A stretch of DNA of 63,242 nucleotides, the filler included, from Octopus bimaculoides (taxonomy: Eukaryota), in assembly GCF_001194135.2 (NCBI RefSeq). It is 6 parts of 6 records of this genome, joined end to end, with 100 filler letters (N's around TTAATTAATTAA, not from the genome) between each part and the next. Parts side by side here need not be neighbours in the genome. Positions count along the whole stretch, not along the records: positions 34,948 to 61,959 come from NC_069002.1; positions 62,060 to 63,242 come from NC_068989.1; 4 more parts are not named here. The stretch is one strand, 5' to 3'. The translations under genes and the position numbers were made by a program. Positions 53,931 to 63,242 of the stretch are shown in pieces. The notes beneath the pieces are model-generated. The model did no database searches and had not been told where the DNA came from. It was given only the letters and a program-made list of their open reading frames with translations. Position 1 is the stretch's first letter, and each line of letters opens with the position of its first letter.

Positions 53931-55197
53931 GTGATGTAAAAAAAGAATATCTATTCACTTCCAACAGAATACAATCTAAAAAGGAAAGATGTTATGGTGA
54001 TATATATTACCACACCTTTGAGATTAAAAGGTGGATTCGACCAACTGATATAAAAGCTAAGGTGTCTCGTTCAAAAGAAAAAAGGAAAGTGTTGGAGTTT
54101 CGCGTGTTGGTAGCAGGAAGTTACGTCTGTGAATATATTGCTTTACCCCCGTTTCGTTAAAATCATATATCCACAACAAAGGGTATACAACATCCTGTTT
54201 GAGAGATGTAAACGAGGTTTCCGAAAGAACAAGCAAAAATATTCTCTTTCTTGACAATACTGTTCAGAACGAAAGACCTTAACCTTTATATGGTCTTAAA
54301 TTCTGCCTACACTGGTTTCTCTGTCTTTGTGAGAAAAACGATTTTCTTGGGTCGTTGTTTCATGTCATCTGATAATGATGGAGAGTAATGCCAGTCTACG
54401 ATCCTTAAGATCGTCAAGTAGTATAGCATGTTACATTTGTGTATATCGTGTTGGTTAAATTAACCCAAATACAGGCCTTGTGTGCTTCGAGTTACACAAA
54501 CTAATGACTAGTTAATACAACACACCACTGGGTTTGTAATAAGCTTCCATCTCAGTTCGGAGGTTCAATGACTTTAACAAAATAGCTAAACATGATAGTT
54601 TCCCTTAATCATATTCTATTTTGAATTGAATGTAATTTATTCCAATATGAGAACAATATAAATTCATTTCATTTCTGCATTCTTTCATACTAAAGAAGAA
54701 AACATTTGACTAAAGTGTTTCCCTCATCTAATTAAAATACGAGTAGAAAGAAGCTACATTTCAAAGTTTAGCAAACCTGAAATCTATCAGCTCATAGATG
54801 AAAGGTGCTAGGCTCGGATGTTAAAATTCTCTGCTATCTAAGATTCAGACATAAATTTCGAACCAAGCTCAATGAAAATCACTATTATGTATATTAAAAA
54901 GCTGTCTGGGAGGTCATATTGACACGCAACGAATCTTGTAGCCCAGAATGAAACCAGAGAGTTGGCAGAAAATTATAGGCCCACTAAACACACGCTGTCA
55001 CAAACTATTCCTCCAATAGCATTTCCAGTCAAAGATGTGGTGACTGATGAGCAGGAAGGTGGAAAAAGGCAAGAGCGAGGATGGGTGCAACAACTTTTCA
55101 TAAACAAACCTGTACTCTTTGAAGCGAAAAAAGGTAAAACGCAAGAGTCTTGCAGCAGTATGTCTTGATAGTGGGGAACGCAGTTCCTCATTATTCT

Positions 55198-55346
55198 TTT
55201 ATTCTTTTACTTGTTTCAGTCATTTGACTGCGGCCATGCTGGAGCACCGCCTTTAGTCGAGCAAATCGACCACAGGACTTATTTTTTGTAAGACTAGTAC
55301 TTATTCTATCGATCTCATATTCCAAACCGCTAAGTGTTGGGGGACA

Positions 55347-55394
<48 letters not shown>

Positions 55395-55420
55395 AACACA
55401 CAGACACACACAGACACACA

Positions 55421-55458
<38 letters not shown>

Positions 55459-55580
55459 ACGGGCTTTTTTTAGTTTCCGTCTACTAAATCCACTCATAAG
55501 GCTTTGGTCGGCCCGAGGTTAATGTAGAGAGACACTTGCCCAAGGTGCCACGCAGTGGCATGCTACTTACCGCCCAGCCA
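55198..55580 (-). mobile_element. SINE family A
   Basis: Reverse-complement copy in the intron of the Cys-rich gene copy 2. It is absent at the equivalent position in copy 1. Confidence 0.8.
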
Positions 55581-55949
55581 CTCTTTGAAGACATCACATA
55601 TAGTATTAACAGCTGCCGAAAAATGTCAAGGTACTTCCGCATCATGGGAAACAACGTTGCTGTCAAAACACTATACAATGCAATGCAGAAAGAAAAAACA
55701 TTCCCTGCCATGTATGCAGAAATCCCTGTTTATTGAATGCATACATAGACATCAGAACAAGGAATACTGGTGGAATATTAGCATAAAAAAACCTGCCAGT
55801 TTTAAAATAACGTGCCAAACTCAAAGCATAAAGCCGGATGAAGTGCCTCTAATTATTTCATCCAGAGTGCTAACGATTTTGCCAGCTTCCCCACCTTGTC
55901 AATACTAAATTAATTACACTAATATGAGATGTAGACACGTAGGTCTTAC

Positions 55950-56004
55950 CTTGTATTCCTCCTATGTGCATGATGTCTTCTCCTTAGATCGATGGTAGCG
56001 ACAT
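55950..56004 (-). CDS. Cys-rich precursor gene, copy 2: middle exon (DVATIDLRRRHHAHRRNT, basic pro-region)
   Basis: gtattttaatatctctttcag|ATGTCGCT...AATACAAG|gtaaga. The exon is 55 nt, phase 1 in and phase 2 out, matching both neighbouring exons. A paralog at 38563-38623 has the same phases. Confidence 0.8.
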
Positions 56005-56181
56005 CTGAAAGAGATATTAAAATACATATGGAAGAATTAGATGATCATTTACCAAAGTTTCGTATAGCGCTCATCAGATAAATCATTGAACAGAGGATAA
56101 TGTATTTATGATAACACCATCTGAAACAAGATGGAGGATCATGACAACTGGAACTCAGCATTTCCTCAGTGAGAGACGTAA

Positions 56182-56404
56182 CCCATTAAGTCCCAGAGTA
56201 CTTAAATTTCTGAATATTACTTTTAAATTTTACAGTTGATAGAAAATAGGTTGAAATGAAAAAAAAAAATTATTAAAACTCCTTTACTTCAAGTAGAAAT
56301 GGAAATACTCGGTGTCCTATAAATAGGACACTGCGACAATGTGATACAGCTTATTTAATGTTCTCATTTAGTGTCCTATTTATAGGACAGTGGGACTTAA
56401 TGGG
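56182..56404. mobile_element. piggyBac-type MITE (223 bp) in an intron of the Cys-rich gene copy 2
   Basis: Perfect 14-bp TIRs cccattaagtccca / tgggacttaatggg, flanked by (g)TAA and TTAA. The paralog has an empty single TTAA site at 38820-38823. Confidence 0.85.
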
Positions 56405-56574
56405 TTAATATGGCTCATCACTGTAGTGATGGATATTTTTAATACATAAAGGAGATAAAAACCAATGAAGCAATAAAAAGGAATGACAAGAAAACAAACA
56501 AAAAAAGACACATGAAACATTATATATAGCACTTGCTGATTCTCTTCCGTAATTATTTTATTAATTAAGAATTC

Positions 56575-56780
56575 TAAGGCAGAAACATTAGTACGCCGGG
56601 CGAAATACTTAGCGGCTTTTCGTCTATTTTCATGCTCTGAGTTCAAATTTCGCTGAGGTCGACTTTGCCGTTCATCCTTTCGGGGTCGATGAATTAAGAA
56701 CCAGTTGCGTACCTGGGGTTGATCTAATCGACTGGGCCCCCTCCCCCAAAATTTCGGTCCTTGTACCTGGAGTAGAAAAG
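56575..56780 (+). mobile_element. SINE family B
   Basis: Head, core and tail are recognisable. Confidence 0.75.
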
Positions 56781-57190
56781 AATAATTATGAATTCTGAAG
56801 GCGGCGGCGAACAGGCAGAATCGTTAGCTCGACAGACAATATTCTTCGTGGCATTTTCGCCAGTTCTGCTCTGATATAGGAGTAAGAAATCAGATCACAC
56901 CACTTGAATTCTTCCCGATTTCTATATGAAAGATTAATCGGTCATAGTGTTAATTAAATGTTATATATTATAGAGAAGAATCGTAATTCCGAATATTTCA
57001 TCTATGCGTAGTGTATATTAGAAGAGAAGTATTTATTTGAAAGCTCTAATTACATATAGATGGTGTACATCTGAAAGACCGCTGAGGTGATATTATTCAT
57101 TTTCCTCCTTTCCGCCATTCTATTACCCGCTTTTTCTCCCACTACATTTCAGTTGACCATAAATTGAAAGAAATTTCTAATTCTACTTAC

Positions 57191-57251
57191 CTTGTTTACC
57201 CGAGGTGTATGAAACGAATACACAAAACAATAGGACACTGATTCCCTTCAT
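57191..57251 (-). CDS. Cys-rich precursor gene, copy 2: first coding exon (signal peptide MKGISVLLFCVFVSYTSGKQ)
   Basis: The minus strand reads tatatttctctctcatcag|GTGCGTT ATG AAG GGA ATC ... AAA CAA G|gtaagt. This gives a strong acceptor (exon starts at 57258), a canonical donor and a phase-1 end. The peptide has a basic residue followed by a hydrophobic core. A paralogous exon lies at 40718-40781. Confidence 0.85.
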
Positions 57252-57489
57252 AACGCACCTGATGAGAGAGAAATATAACAACGAAAGCCATTAAAAACGG
57301 AAGCTTTTTTTCTTACAAAGAAGCAAAGGTTTACAGCTGAAATTTAGGTAACAACTATCATTTAGCTGTTTGAATTTATTTCACTGAAAATCCAATCTTT
57401 ACGACATGATCAATCAAACAATTAGTAAACAAGGTAAAAGAGACGTGGCCAATCAAAGGAAACGTGGCGGAGAACAATTACAAAAGATC

Positions 57490-57860
57490 TGCCCCTACGT
57501 TCTGAGTCCAAATTCCGCCGAGGCCGACTTTGCCTATCATCCTTTCGATGTCGATTAAATAAGTACCAGTTACGCACTGGTGTCGATATAATCGACTTAA
57601 TCCGTTTGTCTGTCCTTGTTTCTCTCCTCTATATTTAGCCCCTTGTGGGCAGTAAAGAAATAAGAAAGGTTAGCACGCCGGGCGAAATGCTTAGCGGTAT
57701 TTCTTCTGTCGTGACGTTCTGTGTTCAAATTTCGCCGAGGTCGACTTTGCCTTTCGTCCTGTCAGGGTCGATAAATTAAGTACCAGTTACATACTGGTTC
57801 GATTTAATTAACTGGTCCCCTTCCCAAAAATTTCGGGCCTTGTGCCTAAAGTAGAAAAGA
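57490..57860 (+). mobile_element. Two stacked SINE family B copies
   Basis: The core gaggtcgactttgcct..catcc is repeated at about 57520 and 57738. Confidence 0.75.
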
Positions 57861-59081
57861 ATTAATGGCCCCTCTTTTTCTTTTATCGATTCAGCTACTA
57901 ATCTCGGTAAGGAAAGACTAGGCAAAGAATCGATGAACAGGTACTTCAGGAGTACGTCTCATACCAGTAGAAAGTTATGCATTAGTACACATACGGCAAT
58001 TTGAAGAATGCTAACGAGTATTAACAGTAATCTCTGCTGGACCTGCGATAAATGTGTCACATTTCAGCCGGAAACCGTTGCCATCCTAAACTGGAACATA
58101 TCGATTTCGTTCTACCAGAGTTTTCGGTAATTCTCCAAAAACTGTTTCAAGATTCTACATTCCCTTTCAGATATGGCATTGTTGCCACACAGACACACAC
58201 AAACACACAGCACCTAAAACTCTATATGAAAAACGTATTGTTTTGACTGCTATGACAAAGCTACAGCAGAACCAGAATGTATTCACACGATTCTAAACAA
58301 AGAATATTGGTGAGTTAACTCAATACAAACAGCGATCTACTGATAGCAAAATTGGTCAAATGGTGTTCTGTGGAACAAAGAACGGCAGTCAGGCACTGTT
58401 GCAAAGATCAGCAGTTTGGTGGATGTGAGTGTTTCGACATAAAATAAGAAAATGGGAACATCTTTCGTAAACTAATGAGAAATGTATAACACAAACATCC
58501 AGCATAAATATGCTCACTTGTTCTTTCAGAACTGATTTGCATTAATTAAAAAAACAAAAATTACGAAAGCTCGACTTCATCCAAAACTTAAGGAGTCAAC
58601 TGATTCACTTTCATCAAATACAATCGATGAGATGTAAAGTGGAAATTTGTGAATCATTCCGGTTATCCTCTCTCTTTGCAGATCTTGGACTGTACACATG
58701 CAAACAGGCAACAAACGAATTAAGCTCTACCACTACCACCATCATCATTACCATAACATACTCTGTCTATTGTTATTACTGAATCACATACAGCCACAAT
58801 GAATAATCTAAATGTTACATACTTGTTAGATTCGAACGGTATTTATATAAAGAGAGCTCAGTAGACTTTCTCTTGCGTAAAATTCAAACTGGTTGATGAG
58901 GGCTGTGTTGTGCTAGTTATTCAGTGAACAGCTTTAAACCTTGCTTGCTCCAGCTTGTGCTTCCTTCTGTCTTTCTGAATTTGCTCTCACAAGAGATTCG
59001 TCTTTTTGTTTACACACATACACACGCTCGCACACCACACACACATTTGCACATACATACATACATACATACATACATACA

Positions 59082-59115
<34 letters not shown>

Positions 59116-60043
59116 NNNNNNNNNNNNNNNNNNNNNNNNNNNNNNNNNNNNNNNNNNNNNNNNNNNNNNNNNNNNNNNNNNNNNNNNNNNNNNNNNNNNN
59201 NNNNNNNNNNNNNNNNNNNNNNNNNNNNNNNNNNNNNNNNNNNNNNNNNNNNNNNNNNNNNNNNNNNNNNNNNNNNNNNNNNNNNNNNNNNNNNNNNNNN
59301 NNNNNNNNNNNNNNNNNNNNNNNNNNNNNNNNNNNNNNNNNNNNNNNNNNNNNAAAGAAGATATAACAATAAATAATATTGACCAGGTATAACTAATCAG
59401 CCAGCGCTGTAATTGTTATGTCTCTAATTGTTGCCAATGATTAATGTATCTTGTATCAGTTTCTTTGTGCTATTATTGTTTCGTGGCGATCCGGCGGCAT
59501 CTGTTGCAAGCTGAGCAAAATGGTGAGCGGGTTTCCTCCGCCCTCACTTTCTGAGTTCGAATCCACCGATATCTATTTTGCTTTCCATCATTTCCCGATC
59601 GATAAAATAAATACCAGTTTTGTGCTGGGGTTGATGTAATTAGATATCTAATACCATTTTCGCTACATTCTGTATATATTTCAAGTAATGTTCGCAGCCA
59701 CTTCAAAACGGCTGTCCGTTCGAACGGACTTTACTGAGATATATTAACTCCATGAGAACATCTCCTCTAGCCGAATAACGATGCGCAGTTGCATTGGAGA
59801 TATTGCGAGCAGGGGAGAAAACCCCTACCACCTTCTAGCGACAGGACCAGCAGACAAACCTGGTTTCGGTCTCTTTCTGCCTCACTCCAGTACTGGACAC
59901 CTCCTCTGTTAGAGATGGCGGTAGCTCGCTTCTGCTCGCAATAGATAGCTTTAAGGATAGAGAGGGTAAATTGACAACAATTGTTCAGTGGTGGCCTTTC
60001 CATCGCAAAGAAACACTCACACACACACGCAGATACGCGCGCG

Positions 60044-60079
<36 letters not shown>

Positions 60080-60429
60080 TTTTATACATAAGTGACATTT
60101 TTTCTGTCTTGCTACTTACACCAGTGAACCAATCTTGACGAAACTTTGCATACATGTTAAACTAACATCTAGTAGAGTTATGGACTGATTGAATTTTAAT
60201 AAATATCTATAATGGGCCCCGTAGTCGTGCATATATACACACACTCGTACACATAAGCATATTTTAAAACGCCGAAGAAGGGAAAGAAAAGTGGGTGTGA
60301 GAAATGCATAGTTTTAAGGAGAGAGGGAGTAAGTTGACAACAATTTTTCACAGGTGGCCTGTCCATCGCAAAGAAATACTCGCACACAGACACGCAGACA
60401 CACATACATCTTATACATAAATGGCAATA

Positions 60430-60830
60430 CAAGCGTTCTCCTTTCACTCCTTATACAATGATCTATACTAATTAGTCCTCTGCGACCATTCTTTCTTTTC
60501 ATATACAGTCTGTTTACGTTTGCTTTAGGGTGTAGCGCCCCATGCAGCGTCATCAACTTTCTCGTCCTTCTATCCAGTGTTGATATTTCCTCCTTAGTCC
60601 ATGGACGCACTACATCTGACCACCGCAACTGCCTAGATATTAATTGCGGTAATCCTATTTTTGGCACTCAGGTTGGATTTCAACACTATTTTCACCCTTT
60701 TTTGATACGTCTCGCTGACCTTGACTTTCATTTCTCTACGTTGAATGTCATCCATCTCCAAGATCCCTAAATATCTACACCGACTACCGTCGGGTTCACC
60801 CATGGTCTCTCCTGATGGTAACCGCAATCC
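60430..60830 (-). mobile_element. R4/Dong-like non-LTR RT C-terminal fragment
   Basis: RYLGILEMDDI..YQKRVKIVLKSNLSAKNRITAIN; LDRRTRKLMTLHGALHPKANVNRLYMKRKNGRRGLISI. Confidence 0.75.
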
Positions 60831-60966
60831 TCTGCAAGAGACCTGTAGAATAAGTAATGGGTTTACAAAGAATAAATAAGTTCAGGGGTCGATTTCCTCG
60901 ATCAAATGCAGTGCTCCAGCATAGCCGCAGTCAAATGACCGAAACAAGTAAAAGAATAAAGGAAAA

Positions 60967-60997
<31 letters not shown>

Positions 60998-61959
60998 ACA
61001 AAACGTGATTAATGTGATGAGGTTTAATGTTGCTAACACCTGTGTCGAGCAATAATAAGTCGTAACTAGAATAACTCATTTCAAACAATATTAAATTTAT
61101 ATTCTCTGTTACGTCAACGTTCATCACTGAACGTCAGAGCAACATCTGCGTTTCAAGAAGTTAGACTACAGTTTTCCCCAGGAAATTAGGTTACAGATAT
61201 CTGAAGAAGCAAAGTCAGGTTGTAACATCTCTTTTCAACATATCTTACCCAGGGTTTCAAACGAATGCTGTATGGTGGATGGAATTTATGACTGATTACT
61301 TCGGCTGCGAACTAAGATCTCACAAATGATGGCTGCTGACCAAAATCATAATATATTACAGTATTTATTTAGAAATCGGTGGAAGACAGACTATAATTTT
61401 TTTTATTTCTTGGGAACATAAACGAAACGCCTTTTCTTCTTCACATGGTAGAGAATCAGAATCTAAACCAGAGCAAAAACAGAAATAAAAGAAATGAAGA
61501 GAAAAAGGAAACGGCGATGACTCAAGAAAACTAGGATTATTTAAGTACTTTCTTGTGTTCTGATGCATTTGCGCTTTTTGGACAAAATTTCTAATAAAGG
61601 TGACATAGAGAGAAATGTCATCCATGCATGCACAAGGATTGGTGGATGAAAATAAATGTAGCAAATAGATAATAGGTGTTTGCACTTAATGATCAGAGGG
61701 ACGACAAAATCTAAAATATTATTTCATCTAGGTCCAATTTAGAGCACTTTAGTGAAGAATGGAATACTGTAATTGATAACACACACTGATGGAGAGGTAA
61801 ATTCTCTACAGAATTCCAAGTGCTTTGCATGCAATAAATGGTAATATCAATAGACACCAGCATCGGTTGTCAAGCGATGTTGGGGGAACAAACACAGACA
61901 CACACACACACCCTCACACACACTCACACACTCACACACACACACACACACACACACAC

Positions 61960-62059
61960 NNNNNNNNNNNNNNNNNNNNNNNNNNNNNNNNNNNNNNNNN
62001 NNNTTAATTAATTAANNNNNNNNNNNNNNNNNNNNNNNNNNNNNNNNNNNNNNNNNNNN
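61960..62059. other. Artificial scaffold-join spacer
   Basis: 44 N + TTAATTAATTAA (62004-62015) + 44 N. Confidence 0.95.
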
Positions 62060-62304
62060 TAAAAGCACCCACTACACTCTCTGAGTGGTTGGCGTTAGGA
62101 AGGGCATCCAGCTGTAGAAACTCTGCCAAATTAGATTGGAGCCTGGTGTTGCCATCCGGTTTCACCAGTCCTCAGTCAAATCGTCCAACCCATGCTAGCA
62201 TGGAAAGCGGACGTTAAACGATGATGATGATATATATATATATGTATTATATATTTGTTTATAGTTTCAGCTTAGAGCTGCGGCCATGCTGATGCACCGC
62301 CGTG

Positions 62305-62470
62305 GTAAAATGTATCTCAGTAGTTATAGGTGCATTGGGAATTATCCCTAAAGATCTGAACAGATGGATAGAGGAATTAGGCACAAAACCCAGTTTAGGA
62401 CACCTGCAGAAAACAGTTTTATTAGGGACAGCTAGGATACTTAGGAGGGTTTTTGGCCTCTGAGGTTACT
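62305..62470 (+). mobile_element. R4/Dong-like non-LTR 3' end (restriction-like endonuclease tail)
   Basis: VVIGALGIIPKDLNRWIEELG...LQKTVLLGTARILRRVFGL*. Confidence 0.7.
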
Positions 62471-62717
62471 TGCTGTAGCCCAATGTTAGGATTTTTTCTT
62501 TTCCAACAGTCTAATCTGGTGAATGTATATGATGATGATGATGATGATGATATATGCACAAAGCCTGAAATTTGGGGAAAGGGACTAGTCGATTACATAG
62601 ATCTCAGTGGGCAACTGGTACTTATTTCATGGACTCCAAAAGAATGGAAGGCAAAATCTGACCTCCGCGGAATTTGAACTCAGAACGTTGTGACGGGCAA
62701 AATAATAATAATAATAA

Positions 62718-62749
<32 letters not shown>

Positions 62750-63242
62750 ATGGATTCGGATTTAAGTACATGGCTACCATATTCGAAGAGAAAAAGATTA
62801 GTCGATATTATCGACCTAAGTAATTGATCGGACTTTAGTCCATCGACTCCATAGGGACTAAAGATAAAGCCGTACTCGGCATATTTCAACTCATAACACA
62901 AAGAGTCGGAACAGTTACTGCGAGACAATCAGAGCGCGCGCACATGTGAAAAAGTAATTATGACATAAACTATGACTTTACCTGTATGGAACCTAGAATT
63001 TTTTTTAAGCAAGATCAAAACCACTTCTGTGATATATTGCGTTTTGTTTTCTTTTTATTTGTTCCAGTCATTAGACTGCGGCCATGCTGGGGCACCGCCT
63101 TCAGGAATTTTTAGTCGAATGTATCATCCCCAGCATCTTTTTTTATGTGATTTTTCAACCAGCACACGAAGTTAAGTATAGAAGGTCTCTTCACATGCTA
63201 GAAATAACAGCCAAATCTTAAAATTTTTTTTTCATATAATTT

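Larger units (their letters stand above)
53882..61310. repeat. Segmental duplication, copy 2
   Basis: Same blocks as copy 1. The copies differ by copy-specific SINE, MITE and LINE insertions. Confidence 0.9.

Noticed and set aside
56085-56125. Additional phase-1 acceptor (cttgtttcag|ATGGTGTT), shared with 38725-38765
   Set aside because: Both copies reach TGA after 12 codons with no good donor. It could be an alternative short terminal exon but is unsupported.
57048-57070. Possible 17-nt extra microexon in copy 2 (ttcag|ATGTACACCATCTATAT|gtaatt)
   Set aside because: It would shift the phase and break the join to the next exon, and it is deleted in copy 1.
57255-57295. CTGATGA...GAAAG as a hammerhead ribozyme
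   Set aside because: No pairable stems were found. The sequence is the splice acceptor and pyrimidine tract of the signal exon read on the other strand, and the paralog lacks the core.
15516-61959. Functional clustering of the zinc-finger, TRPM and toxin-like genes
   Set aside because: They lie on different scaffolds joined by artificial spacers.

Overview
AT-rich, microsatellite- and SINE-dense eukaryotic DNA whose repeat content and tandem C2H2 gene style point to an Octopus genome (inference). The window is not one locus. Five identical 100-bp spacers (N44-TTAATTAATTAA-N44) join six separate scaffolds: 1-15415, 15516-21352, 21453-26565, 26666-34847, 34948-61959 and 62060-63242. Recognisable host genes are a six-finger C2H2 zinc-finger ORF (15635-16156, minus) and one internal TRPM channel exon (34291-34536, plus). 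The main find is missed by the ORF track: a three-exon minus-strand gene (57191-57251, 55950-56004, 52079-52298). It encodes a predicted 111-aa precursor made of a signal peptide, a basic pro-region, an 8-Cys C-C-CC-CxC-CxC agatoxin/knottin-like domain and a hydrophobic GPI-signal-like tail. A tandem paralog (exons 40718-40781 and 38563-38623) lies in a segmental duplication. Its middle exon has diverged almost only by amino-acid-changing substitutions, while the flanking introns are conserved. The rest is degraded transposons (Penelope-like, Gypsy, Tx1/L1, R4/Dong, mariner, maT-like, Merlin, piggyBac and Tigger MITEs), three SINE families, hammerhead-like remnants, hairpins and one scaffold ending in TTAGGG repeats. 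All alignments were done by eye and transposon boundaries are approximate.
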